Shown here one piece after another: positions 39,629 through 49,599 of a stretch of DNA of 64,000 bases; position 1 is the stretch's first letter, and the number at the start of each line of letters is the position of its first letter. The notes under the pieces were generated by a model. The model saw only the letters and a list, made by a program, of their open reading frames with translations. It searched no databases and was not told the DNA's origin. The position numbers and the translations under genes were made by a program. Origin of the DNA: Candidatus Latescibacterota bacterium (GTDB lineage: Bacteria; Latescibacterota; UBA2968; GCA-2709665); NCBI GenBank assembly GCA_965237675.1, contig OZ250150.1, positions 672,001 to 736,000 on the forward strand, in the 5' to 3' direction.

Positions 39629-39820
39629 TCAACCGCAATCCAGACAACGCACTTCGTCAAAAATCCGATTCTGCTCATCCGGCTCGTCAATCGCAAAATT
39701 AACGAGGCACCGTACGGCCTTGGAAGCGTCTTCCAGACGGTACCGGGCGGCGACCTCTACCAAAAACGCCATCTGATGTGTTTCCAGCAAGATCTCGAAA
39801 CCCCGCTTTTCCTTGAACAC
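39629..39820 (-). CDS. 63-aa conserved-looking protein with C-terminal CxxC
   Basis: RBS GGAGGT followed by GTG, own consensus promoter; SKAVRCLVNFA..IFDEVRCLDCG. Confidence 0.75.
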   Translation of the reverse strand: MFKEKRGFEILLETHQMAFLVEVAARYRLEDASKAVRCLVNFAIDEPDEQNRIFDEVRCLDCG

Positions 39821-39888
39821 GCCAGTACCTCCCTGTTGAGTCGGATGCCTTCGTGCAGCCGAAAATGTCCTTACGCATACGAAGATTC

Positions 39889-39917
39889 ATTATAGGGGTT
39901 GCGGGATATATTGTCAA
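39889..39917 (-). promoter_or_regulatory. perfect consensus sigma70 promoter
   Basis: TTGACA-17 bp-TATAAT on the minus strand. Confidence 0.85.
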
Positions 39918-40017
39918 TGGGGGATTCATCTCCCCACACCCGCTTTATCCGGACCGATGGATACCGAGCACAGGAGATTGACAGCCGGATGTTTTCTAAC
40001 CACCGGCTCCCGAATTC

Positions 40018-42876
40018 ATGTCCATACTTGAAACCTTTGTTGCCATCGACCTCGAAACCACCGGTCTGGAGCCTCCTGGTGCCGAAATCCTGGAAATTGG
40101 CGCTGTCCGGGTGGAAAACGGTCAAATCGTCGACCGTTTCCAAACCTATGTCAGGCCCGCGGGCGTCATCCCCGACGAAACCGTCCGTCTCACCGGGATC
40201 ACGGCAGGGACGGTCCAGGATGCGCCGCCAATCGACACCGTCATCGAGCGTCTCAGGGACTTTCTGGGAGATCTGCCCCTCATCGCCCACCAGGGCCGGT
40301 TTGAATCCCGGTTCTTAATGGCCGTTGCCGTCGTTCCCTTTGAGAACCCGGTGCACAGTGTGCGAGAACTCGCCCGTGTCGCCCTGCCCACCCTCGACGA
40401 ACACCGCGTCGAAACTCTGGCCGGGCACTTCTCCGTTCAATGCAACACGCCCCACAAGGCTCTGGCCGACGCGGAAACCCTGGCGGGGATCTACCTCCAT
40501 CTCGTAGGCCTGTTCCGATCCGTATCCCTGGACCTTAAGCAACAAATGCTTCGTTTGCTTCAGGGCACACGGTCGGGCTTGCTTCCCATTATGGTCGAAT
40601 TGGCCAGAGAAGGCGTGAGGAAAGAGTTCCTGAGCCCGAAGCCGGGCGGCCCGACGGGGGACACCCCGCTGTTCAATGTAGGCGGGGAGACGCCTCAAAT
40701 CCCTGGCGAGCCATCCGATCACCCGCTGGACGTAACGGCGGTCTGCGGCATGTTGGAACCCGGCGGTTGCTTCGAGGAAGGGATCTCAGGGTATGAATTT
40801 CGTCCTCAGCAGGTCGAAATGGCGCAGGCTGTGGCCGAAGCCATCAACACGGGTCGGCACCTGGCCGTGGAAGCCGGTACCGGCGTGGGAAAATCGATCG
40901 CCTATCTCGCACCGTCCATACTGTATGCCGTACAAAACAACGTACGATTCATCGTTTCGACAAACACCAAAAACCTCCAGGAACAGCTCTTTTTCAAAGA
41001 TCTACCCTTGCTGGCGGCGATCCTGGACGTGCCCTTCCACTTCGCCCTGCTCAAGGGTCGAAACAACTATATTTGCCTGAACCGGTGGAATTCCGCCCTG
41101 GCCAACCCGGACGCAAATTTCACGCCCAACGAACGCATCAGCGCCCTGCCTCTGGTGCTGTGGGCGGAAACAACCCGCACGGGAGACATCTCCGAGAATA
41201 CCGGATTCGACCTGAGACGGCAAGCGGGCCTGTGGGCGAAAATCTGCTCCGATTCCGGCTTCTGCCGCAGCCAGCGTTGCCGCAACAACGGCCGGTGTTT
41301 TGCAAATAACATCCGCAGGACCGCAGCAAAAGCGCATCTCGTAGTAATCAATCATTCATTGCTCTTCTCCGATATTGTTTCGGAAAACGCCATCCTTGGC
41401 GAGTACTCGCACCTGGTTTTGGACGAAGCCCACAATCTCGAGAAAGTTGCCGCGCACTACCTGGGAAAAGAACTCAGTATATGGCGGGTCAAGAACCTCG
41501 CCGATCAACTGTGCGGCCCGGGTTCGTCGGACGCGGGTACGCTGCCGGCCCTGAGACACTGGATCGTGGTTGCGGATCCGGAACCGGCCAGGGTCAAAGC
41601 CTTTGACGCCGGCATCAAATCAGCGACTCTTGCGGCACAGGACCTCTGGCTCCGGGCCCGGACCTTTTTTGAGAACCTTACCCAACACCTTCTGCAACGG
41701 ACGGGCGGTCCGGGAACTGCGTACAGAGAAAAAATCCGCTATCGACCTGGCGAACCCGCCTTCGACGCCCTGGCCGAATCGCTGACGGCGTTCTCACTTG
41801 CCCTGGGTGCGCTTTGCAGCCGTCTCAAGGACCTCTCAGACTGGCTCCGAGACCTACCCGGGCACACCTTTGTCAACCAGGATGAAATCAATAACGAACT
41901 CGGCGGTTGCATCGAGACCACGCAAACCATTCTGGATGACCTGGACAACCTCGTCACCGCCGACGATGAGAACGCCGTCTACTGGCTGGAATTACCGGGG
42001 ACGGAAAAAAGCGCCGACACCCGCCTCTTTTCTGCTCCCCTGGACGTTTCCGAGATGCTGAACGACGGGCTTTACGAAGGCAAAGCAACGATCGTATTTA
42101 CGTCCGCCACGCTGGGCATCCGCGGCAAGCTCACCTATTTCCTCCGGCGAATGGGCCTCGAATCCATACCAGAGTCCCGGATGCAGACCCATTGTCTGGG
42201 CTCCCCTTTCGACTACCGGAAACAGGCCCTCGTGTGCACACCGCGCTTTATGCCCTCGCCTAAATCCGCCGAATTCCAGCAGGCGGTGGACACGCTTCTG
42301 CACGACCTGATGCTCAAAACAAAACGAGGTACGCTGGCTCTTTTCACCTCGTACGGAATGTTGAACCGCACCTACGACGCCATCAAACCGGGCCTGCGCG
42401 CTAACGGCGTTCTCGTGCTCGGACAGGGCATTGACGGATCGCGCACGAATATTACCAACCGGTTCAAACTCGAAGAAACCGCCTTGCTCCTGGGTACCGC
42501 CAGCTTCTGGGAAGGCATCGACGTTCCGGGCAACGCGCTCCAGGTCCTGGGCATCGTACGTCTGCCATTCGCCGTTCCCTCCGAACCTCTCGTCGCCGCC
42601 CATATCGAAGAACTGGAAAAACAGGGCAAGAATCCGTTCCTGAACTACTCGGTACCCGAAGCGATCCTGAAGTTCCGGCAGGGCTTTGGACGACTTATCC
42701 GCAACAAAACCGACCGGGGCGCGGTCATCGTGCTGGACAGCAGGGTGCTCAGCACCCGATATGGACGGGCTTTTCTGGAGGCTCTTCCGGTCGGTTATCA
42801 TTCTTTCAATACCCGGGAGGAGATGATCGGCGCGATCTCCGCCTGGTTTGACGACACAAACGGAACAAGCCATTGA
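40018..42876 (+). CDS. dinG: DnaQ-like 3'-5' exonuclease fused to DinG Fe-S helicase
   Basis: AIDLETTG and HKALADA; EAGTGVGKS, Cys cluster, DEAH, TSAT, FWEGIDVPG and QGFGRLIR. Confidence 0.93.
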   Translation: MSILETFVAIDLETTGLEPPGAEILEIGAVRVENGQIVDRFQTYVRPAGVIPDETVRLTGITAGTVQDAPPIDTVIERLRDFLGDLPLIAHQGRFESRFLMAVAVVPFENPVHSVRELARVALPTLDEHRVETLAGHFSVQCNTPHKALADAETLAGIYLHLVGLFRSVSLDLKQQMLRLLQGTRSGLLPIMVELAREGVRKEFLSPKPGGPTGDTPLFNVGGETPQIPGEPSDHPLDVTAVCGMLEPGGCFEEGISGYEFRPQQVEMAQAVAEAINTGRHLAVEAGTGVGKSIAYLAPSILYAVQNNVRFIVSTNTKNLQEQLFFKDLPLLAAILDVPFHFALLKGRNNYICLNRWNSALANPDANFTPNERISALPLVLWAETTRTGDISENTGFDLRRQAGLWAKICSDSGFCRSQRCRNNGRCFANNIRRTAAKAHLVVINHSLLFSDIVSENAILGEYSHLVLDEAHNLEKVAAHYLGKELSIWRVKNLADQLCGPGSSDAGTLPALRHWIVVADPEPARVKAFDAGIKSATLAAQDLWLRARTFFENLTQHLLQRTGGPGTAYREKIRYRPGEPAFDALAESLTAFSLALGALCSRLKDLSDWLRDLPGHTFVNQDEINNELGGCIETTQTILDDLDNLVTADDENAVYWLELPGTEKSADTRLFSAPLDVSEMLNDGLYEGKATIVFTSATLGIRGKLTYFLRRMGLESIPESRMQTHCLGSPFDYRKQALVCTPRFMPSPKSAEFQQAVDTLLHDLMLKTKRGTLALFTSYGMLNRTYDAIKPGLRANGVLVLGQGIDGSRTNITNRFKLEETALLLGTASFWEGIDVPGNALQVLGIVRLPFAVPSEPLVAAHIEELEKQGKNPFLNYSVPEAILKFRQGFGRLIRNKTDRGAVIVLDSRVLSTRYGRAFLEALPVGYHSFNTREEMIGAISAWFDDTNGTSH

Positions 42877-44345
42877 ATCCACAAGGCGTGACATCCATCA
42901 AGGAACCCCTCGCGAAACTGCTCGCGCAGGTACCACAGATAAACCACCCGCCGATTGGACAGGCGTATCACCTCGCCAACGCCAGCCACGAAGGACAGCA
43001 TCGCGACGAGGGACAGCCGTTCATCACCCATCCCATCGCCGTGGCGCTCATCCTGGCATCCGAACTCGGCTTCGCCAGAGACACGGATATGATCTCCGCC
43101 GCCCTGCTCCACGATGCCGCGGAAGATTCCGTACTCGCTCCGGACGAGGACATCCTGCCCACGTTCGGCGCCCGGGTCACGGAACTGGTGAAGGGCGTAA
43201 CCAAAGTGGACGACTCCAGTACCCGCAGCCGATCGGCCCGTCGGTCCGCTACGCTTCAGCGGCTTTTCACGGCCGCACACCGCGACCCGCGAGTACTCAT
43301 TCTGAAACTCGCCGACCGAGTGCACAACATGCGCAGCATTGCAGGCATCAAGGACGCCAAACGACAACATCGAATCGCACAGGAAACCATTGACGTCTAC
43401 GCGCCGCTATCCCGTCTGCTGGGCATGGACCGCATACGCAGGGAACTGGAAGACCGCAGCTTCGGCTGCCTCCACCCCAGAGTCTGCGATCAACTCATTC
43501 ACCTCCTGCAGAACGGCCCGCCACAATCCTATCTCGACTTTCAAACCGAGATGCGCGATATTGTCGTGTACAACGGAATCCGAACGCGCATACGCCTTCA
43601 AACCAAGAGTCTGAGGAGTATCTACGGCAAGGCCACTGGCACCCGTTCCGGCGATAGCCCCCTTCAGGTAGACAACGTCCACGACCGATACACCGTCATC
43701 GTTATTGTTTCCAATCGATATGCGTGCTACAGGACCCTTGGAATTATTCATCACCGGTTCACGCCTCAGATGGACGGCATAAAGGATTTTATCGCCTTGC
43801 CCAAACGGAACGGTTTTCAGGCGCTACTGACAACCGTCATCGAGAAGGGGCAACGCTTTGAAATCGTCATCCAGACCCCATCCATGTACCGGATGGGGGA
43901 ACTGGGCGTCGCGACCCTGCGTGGCGGGGAACTTCAGGAAGAGCGGCGGAACCGATGGCTCCATGATCTGGCCGAATGGCATGAACACGGCGGTTCCGGC
44001 GTTCAATTCCTGGACGAGATCAAACGCATCCTCTTTGTTCAGGAAATGGCCGTTTTCACACCCAACGGCGATCCCATTATTCTGCCGGAAGGCGCCACCC
44101 TCACGGACTTTGCCTTTGCCGTCCACACGGATCTCGGCCTCCACTGCGTTGGCGGACGTGTCAACGGCAAACCCGCTTCACGCTTTTCGGTTCTGAACTG
44201 GGGCGATACTATTGAAATAGAAACCGCACCCCACCCGCAGCTTAAACGCAACTGGCTGCGTTATGTAAAGACCTACCGCGCCCGCCGCCTGATCCGGCGG
44301 CACATCACCCGCGCGGAATCGACCGGCGACCTGATGATCGAGTAA
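42873..44345 (+). CDS. RelA/SpoT homolog: HD hydrolase, degenerate synthetase, TGS; no ACT
   Basis: HPIAVA, LLHDAAED and KLADRVHNMR intact; VFTPNG..DFAFAVHTDLG TGS domain. Confidence 0.88.
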   Translation: MNPQGVTSIKEPLAKLLAQVPQINHPPIGQAYHLANASHEGQHRDEGQPFITHPIAVALILASELGFARDTDMISAALLHDAAEDSVLAPDEDILPTFGARVTELVKGVTKVDDSSTRSRSARRSATLQRLFTAAHRDPRVLILKLADRVHNMRSIAGIKDAKRQHRIAQETIDVYAPLSRLLGMDRIRRELEDRSFGCLHPRVCDQLIHLLQNGPPQSYLDFQTEMRDIVVYNGIRTRIRLQTKSLRSIYGKATGTRSGDSPLQVDNVHDRYTVIVIVSNRYACYRTLGIIHHRFTPQMDGIKDFIALPKRNGFQALLTTVIEKGQRFEIVIQTPSMYRMGELGVATLRGGELQEERRNRWLHDLAEWHEHGGSGVQFLDEIKRILFVQEMAVFTPNGDPIILPEGATLTDFAFAVHTDLGLHCVGGRVNGKPASRFSVLNWGDTIEIETAPHPQLKRNWLRYVKTYRARRLIRRHITRAESTGDLMIE

Positions 44346-44446
44346 GTGGAAATCCACGTGTGAATCGCCGGCGCCGCACAAGGGTCGGCGTCTCCTTTCG
44401 AGAATCCTTGATCCATGTTTTCACAGATTTCCCGAGGAGTCATGGT

Positions 44447-44914
44447 TTGAAATCCCACCTTCCCCTCTTGGCTGTCTTCCTGATCCTTGTGGCCTGTGGA
44501 CGGGACGCCGAACGCGTAAAGGCTGAAATCGCCGCGCAGGAAAAGAAAATTGTCCACGCAAAAACCATTTTTCAACTCGAACAAAAGCGCCTGGTGGAGC
44601 TGCAGGACAGCCTTAAAATCAATATCAGGCAGAATATCGCTCTGAACATGGACACAACCACTGCCACCGCGATCGAAAAAGAACGGTTGGAACTCCAGGA
44701 AACGCTTGTCGAAACGGCGAAACGCAACCTTAACAGCCAGCAGGAATTTCTGGCCCTCCTGAAAAAACGCCTTCAAACTCTTAAAGACCCCCATCAGCCC
44801 ATTGGTCAATCGATCAGCTCGGACAGGGTAGCGGCCAGCACCACGACCCAGCGGCGGGGGGACCCCGGATCTCCCGTATCCGGTTCAGAATGCGTGCGCA
44901 CGAACGAATTTTGA
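44447..44914 (+). CDS. coiled-coil lipoprotein
   Basis: RBS GAGGAG followed by TTG; lipobox LVAC; E/K/Q/L-rich heptads. Confidence 0.7.
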   Translation: MKSHLPLLAVFLILVACGRDAERVKAEIAAQEKKIVHAKTIFQLEQKRLVELQDSLKINIRQNIALNMDTTTATAIEKERLELQETLVETAKRNLNSQQEFLALLKKRLQTLKDPHQPIGQSISSDRVAASTTTQRRGDPGSPVSGSECVRTNEF

Positions 44915-45055
44915 ACGGACCCAATCGGACACCAAACGTCCATATTCTATATCCCGTCCATTGTATTTTCGTTGAGCCCGCGCGCAGTTCCCTTCCCGTC
45001 AGTGGAAGCGAGGCGCCGGGCCGGGCATCCTCACGAGTCAACAGAGGAGACGCCG

Positions 45056-46666
45056 ATGAACAAAGACTCAACATTGATCGCACATTGGAAATTGACCGAC
45101 GACTGCCGGGATCATGCCGGCGATAACCACGGCGGGAATCACGGCGCGGCCCTTTCCCCCGACGGGGCCGGATTCGACGGGCGAGGCGCCTACATTCGGG
45201 TGCCTTCATCCGGCGCGCTCAACTTCGGCGCCGATGACTTCTCCATATCCGTCCACGTATATACCGATGAAATCCTGGACGACGTACCGGGAGACATTCT
45301 CAGCAAATTCGACCCGGGCAGCCGTACCGGCTTCAACTTCGGCCTGATCAACAGCGCGGGCGTCACGGCAGCCCAATCCAACTACCGCCACCTTCATTTC
45401 GGCATCGACAGCGGCCATACGGGCAGGTGGATCGACTGCGGGCGCCCCGGAAACAACCTGCGCGTCTATTCCCTCTGTGTCTACGACGGGGATCTCTACG
45501 CGGGCACGTTTGAAACCGGCGCGGACGAGTCGGGTGGTGTCTATCGATACGACGGAAGTACTGGCTGGATCGACTGCGGGCACCCCGACAGGTGTAACAC
45601 CGTGGCATCGCTCTGTGTTTTCAATGGAACTCTATATGCGGGTTCCTCCCGCTACAAGGCCGGCGGTTCCGCCCTTCCGGAATCCGAAAACCAGAACCCG
45701 GGTGGCAATATGTACAGGTACGAAGGCGGTTCGGATTGGACGCCCATCGGCCGCATGGAAGGCGCGGATTCCTGCGCCGGAATGGCCGTCTACAGGGGCA
45801 ACCTCTACGCAATCCCCCTCTACAGCCAGGGTGTTTTTCGCTACGACGGCGGCGACGTCTGGCGTTACTGCGGTACCCCTGGCCGACGTATGATGTCGCT
45901 GGGGGTCTTCAACGGGCATCTATACGGCGCGGGAAACGAAGGAGAGGGCGCCGGCGGCGTATTCCGTTACGACGGCGGGACCGGGTGGGCGCACGCCGGC
46001 GGCCAGGAGGGTGTGACTCAGGTCTATTCATTTGCCGCTCACGACGGCAGACTCCACGTGGGCACCTGGCCGGAGGGCAAAGTCTTCCGCAACGACGGCG
46101 ACGATCCGTGGACGTGCGCCGGACGACTGGGCGAGGAACTGGAAGTCATGGCGATGGCCGTCTACAACGGCAAACTCTACGCCGGCACCCTGCCGCTGGG
46201 CCAGGTCTACCGGTTCGACGGGGGTGACACCTGGACCCTCACGGGCCAACTCGACACAACTCAGGAAGTCAAATACCGCCGCGTCTGGTCCATGGCCGTC
46301 TACCGGGGAAGACTCTTTGGCGGCACGCTGCCTTCCGGCCACGTCTATGCACTTGAGGCCGGCGCGAACGTGAGCCACGACCACGAACTCGCACCCGGAT
46401 GGCGGCATCTCGTGGCGGTCCGGCAACGCAACCGGCTCCTGCTCTACGTCGACGGCAAACATGTTTCCACCTCGTCGACGTTCGATCCCTCGGAGTTCGA
46501 CCTCACAAACGACGTGCCCCTCAAGATCGGCGCCGGTGGCGTTGACACCTTCAACGGGCGGCTCAGGGATCTTCGTCTCTACGGCCGCGCCCTCACCGGG
46601 GCGGAAATCGCGAATTGCCAAGACCCCGGGTCTGGAAATTGTACCGGGCGTCGCACGGCGGCGTAA
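45056..46666 (+). CDS. LamG-like jellyroll protein with inserted beta-propeller repeats
   Basis: LIAHWKL at the N-terminus, WRHLVAV..LYVDG..FNGRLRDLRLYGRAL at the C-terminus, and repeated VY.G.LYAG..VYRYDG..W. RBS GAGGAG. Confidence 0.8.
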   Translation: MNKDSTLIAHWKLTDDCRDHAGDNHGGNHGAALSPDGAGFDGRGAYIRVPSSGALNFGADDFSISVHVYTDEILDDVPGDILSKFDPGSRTGFNFGLINSAGVTAAQSNYRHLHFGIDSGHTGRWIDCGRPGNNLRVYSLCVYDGDLYAGTFETGADESGGVYRYDGSTGWIDCGHPDRCNTVASLCVFNGTLYAGSSRYKAGGSALPESENQNPGGNMYRYEGGSDWTPIGRMEGADSCAGMAVYRGNLYAIPLYSQGVFRYDGGDVWRYCGTPGRRMMSLGVFNGHLYGAGNEGEGAGGVFRYDGGTGWAHAGGQEGVTQVYSFAAHDGRLHVGTWPEGKVFRNDGDDPWTCAGRLGEELEVMAMAVYNGKLYAGTLPLGQVYRFDGGDTWTLTGQLDTTQEVKYRRVWSMAVYRGRLFGGTLPSGHVYALEAGANVSHDHELAPGWRHLVAVRQRNRLLLYVDGKHVSTSSTFDPSEFDLTNDVPLKIGAGGVDTFNGRLRDLRLYGRALTGAEIANCQDPGSGNCTGRRTAA

Positions 46667-46799
46667 CGGCCATTGTCGCAGGGGAGAGAGGCGGCTTCAC
46701 CGGGATCGACGCACGCGGACCCCGGCGCATCATACGCCAGCCTGTCCTCCACAAGGACGGGAGTCGAATCCGAATACCAACACCTCAGGGAGAACCGTA

Positions 46800-48125
46800 A
46801 TGTTAAGAGCAGGCGCCTCCAGGGTCAACATTACCCCGTTTCTGGGCGGGCCGATGGCCGGTTACTCAGCGCGTAACCGGGGCAGCGAAAGTATCCATGA
46901 CGAACTCTATGCCAAAGCTCTGGTGCTGGATGACGGCAGAACCAGCGTTGGGCTGATTACCACCGACCTCATCGGCATCGATCGGGAGTTCTCGGAGCAG
47001 ATCCGCGGCCTTGTTGAAGAACGGGTTGGCATTCCGCCCGACCGGGTCTGGATGTGCGGGTCCCACACCCATTTCGGGCCGGCCGTGAGCACGGTCCGAA
47101 CGGAGCAAGAAGATGCGGATCCTTATGACCGGTCCTATCGGGACGTGTTGGCGGTAAAGCTGGCCACAGCCGTACAGCTCGCGCATGACCGACTTCGTCC
47201 GGCCCGTCTCGGCGGAGGCGCCACCCGCGCCGAAGGCATCAGCTACAATCGCAGGCTCATCCGCCACGACGGCAAAGTGGAGATGAGCCTTACCCTGCCG
47301 CCACCCTACGACGGATTGAAGTTCGGTCCAATGGATCCGGAGGTGGGCCTCCTGAAAATAGAGGGCAAAGCCGACGGCGACACCATCGCCTCGCTCGTCA
47401 ACTTTGCCTGTCATCCCGTTTCCAGCACGGACCGTATGTATGAATTCACCGCCGACTATCCGGGTTATGCGATGGACCTGATCGAATCCGTAGAAGGTGG
47501 TATCTGTCTCTTCGCGCTCGGCTGCGCGGGCAATATCGTGCCCATACAGCGGCAGGGCCGGTCCAAGCGCCAGGTCGGTCTTTCGCTTGGCGGATGCGCC
47601 CTGAACGCGCTCCAGTGGATTCAGACAACCGGTCAACTCAGCATACGCGCCGGCAGAAAAACGATCGAACTGCCGCTGCGCAAGTTTCCTTCTGCCGCAC
47701 GAATGGAGCAGCAGATCACCGACGCGGAAGCTGCTTTGAACGATGCATTGAAAAGCAAGGCCCCATCTCGGGAAATAACCGAATGCCGGGAAGCCCTGGG
47801 CCTTGCCAGAAATCTGCCCCGCTGGTCGGAACGCTTCAGCGGACGGAAAACCCGTTCCACGGAAATCCAGGTCTTCTGGCTCGGGAACATCCCCGTGATC
47901 GGGCTGCCCGGCGAAGTCTTTGTCGAACTGGGGCTCCGGATCAAGAAAGCCCTGGACGCCTTTCCGGTTCTGGTTGTCAGCCTCAGCAACGACAGTGCAG
48001 GGTATATTCCGGACGACCGCGCATACCGGCAGGGCGGTTATGAATCCAATGTATCGGCCTTCGCCCCGGGCTGCGGTGAACACCTCGTCAAGGAAGCCCT
48101 CGCCCTGGCCGAAGCGATAAAATAG
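46800..48125 (+). CDS. neutral/alkaline ceramidase-like hydrolase
   Basis: ITP, HDELYAKALVLDDG, SHTHFGP, NRR, NFACHP, ADYPG, GCAGN, PGEVF and GYE. Confidence 0.85.
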   Translation: MLRAGASRVNITPFLGGPMAGYSARNRGSESIHDELYAKALVLDDGRTSVGLITTDLIGIDREFSEQIRGLVEERVGIPPDRVWMCGSHTHFGPAVSTVRTEQEDADPYDRSYRDVLAVKLATAVQLAHDRLRPARLGGGATRAEGISYNRRLIRHDGKVEMSLTLPPPYDGLKFGPMDPEVGLLKIEGKADGDTIASLVNFACHPVSSTDRMYEFTADYPGYAMDLIESVEGGICLFALGCAGNIVPIQRQGRSKRQVGLSLGGCALNALQWIQTTGQLSIRAGRKTIELPLRKFPSAARMEQQITDAEAALNDALKSKAPSREITECREALGLARNLPRWSERFSGRKTRSTEIQVFWLGNIPVIGLPGEVFVELGLRIKKALDAFPVLVVSLSNDSAGYIPDDRAYRQGGYESNVSAFAPGCGEHLVKEALALAEAIK

Positions 48126-48186
48126 GCCATGTTCCCACCAGCCCGTGTCCGAGAAACAGGACGCGAATCACAAAGAGGCCACGCCG

Positions 48187-49491
48187 ATGTCGATCCTCCC
48201 AATACTGATTGTTGTCGCCAGTCTCCTTCTCTTAACAAAAAAACACGCGACTGCGGCCGAAGTCACGCTTGCCGCCGGCACGGCCAGAACCGATATCACA
48301 CCCGATCCCGCGATGAAAAACTGGGTCGATGGCAGACCTTATGACGGTGTTCTGGATCCGCTCACCCTGCGTGGACTCGTTCTCTCCGACGGGAACACGG
48401 AGTTCGCTTTGGTTTGCTGGGATCTCATCGACGCGACGGAGGAGTGCGTCGTCAACGTGCGCCGGGCGGTTCGCGGCGCTACAGGCATTCCGGAAACGCA
48501 CATCCTCGTGGCCGCCTCGCACACCCACTCGGCGCCCCGGTCACCGTTTGCCGCATCCACGTTTGCCGGCCGCGGAAGCGAACGTCTGAGAGCCATTCTG
48601 GAAGATCCCGTCTTTCAGGCCTGGAGCCGGCGTCTCCCCGGACAATGCGCAGACGTCCTGAAGCGAGCGCAGGACCGCCTTCAGCCCGTCACCTTGGGCA
48701 TCGGCCGTGCGAATGTCTCGGAATGGCTCTTCAACCGGCGGCCCGTCGATCCCCAGGGCAACGTTGTTACGATGTTTCAGCCGGAAAATCCGCATACGTT
48801 GCCGGATGGTCTGCGTTTCGGTTCGCTGGATCCCACCCTTACCGTCCTCACCCTTCAAAACGCCGACAACACCAACATCGCCACTGTCTACAGCGTACCC
48901 TGCCATCCCGTCTCGATCTATCCTTACCACCGCGGCGTCTCGGCGGACTGGCCCGGGCCTGCCTGTGAGCAGATTTCCAGGGCCCTGGGCGGCGAGACCT
49001 TTTTCGTCCAGGGTTGCTCCGGAGACATCGTCCCCGCCACCCGGGGGGAAGAGGCGCGCACAGAAATGGCCCGTTTCTTTGCGGAACGGGCCGTCGCGGC
49101 CGCACGGTGTTCCCACCGTCTGCCGTCTTCGCCGCTGAAGGTCGCAACCGGCGTCGTCGGCCTGCCGCTTGGTTCCGGAGAGCGAAAAGAAGCCGGCGCC
49201 GACTTCCGGCCGGTCGAACTTCAGGTGGTTGTCTTCGGCCCCTTCGGCCTCGCCGTCCTGCCCGGCGAACCCCTCAACGGCCTCGCACGTGAAATCCAGG
49301 CGCGTTCACCCCTCCCGCACACGCTAGTCATCGGCTATGCCAATGGGCGCGGGGTGAGCTACGTCGGCCTTCCCGGCGAAAAAGCCAGGGGCGGTTACGA
49401 AGCAGGCGCCGGCCAGGGCACCGAAGAAGCCGGCGACTTTATCGTTCAGACCGCGATTCGGATGCTCGGGGAAGCGGTTGAAGATATCTAA
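48187..49491 (+). CDS. neutral/alkaline ceramidase-like hydrolase with signal peptide
   Basis: Hydrophobic N-terminus ending in ATA; DITP, SHTHSAP, NRR, CHP, ADWPG, PGE and GGYE. Confidence 0.85.
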   Translation: MSILPILIVVASLLLLTKKHATAAEVTLAAGTARTDITPDPAMKNWVDGRPYDGVLDPLTLRGLVLSDGNTEFALVCWDLIDATEECVVNVRRAVRGATGIPETHILVAASHTHSAPRSPFAASTFAGRGSERLRAILEDPVFQAWSRRLPGQCADVLKRAQDRLQPVTLGIGRANVSEWLFNRRPVDPQGNVVTMFQPENPHTLPDGLRFGSLDPTLTVLTLQNADNTNIATVYSVPCHPVSIYPYHRGVSADWPGPACEQISRALGGETFFVQGCSGDIVPATRGEEARTEMARFFAERAVAAARCSHRLPSSPLKVATGVVGLPLGSGERKEAGADFRPVELQVVVFGPFGLAVLPGEPLNGLAREIQARSPLPHTLVIGYANGRGVSYVGLPGEKARGGYEAGAGQGTEEAGDFIVQTAIRMLGEAVEDI

Positions 49492-49599
49492 CGGGAACGG
49501 CGAATCCTGTTTAAATACGGCCCACGCGTTTTTGATTGATCACCTGTCGGGGGACAACGGCTCCGTTGAACCTCGTTCCGGTGCGACGATAGCCTTTAC

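Noticed and set aside
39590-39631. Sec readthrough at the TGA after CLDCG in the 63-aa protein
   Set aside because: No conserved Cys position can be inferred, and the downstream frame is short and featureless
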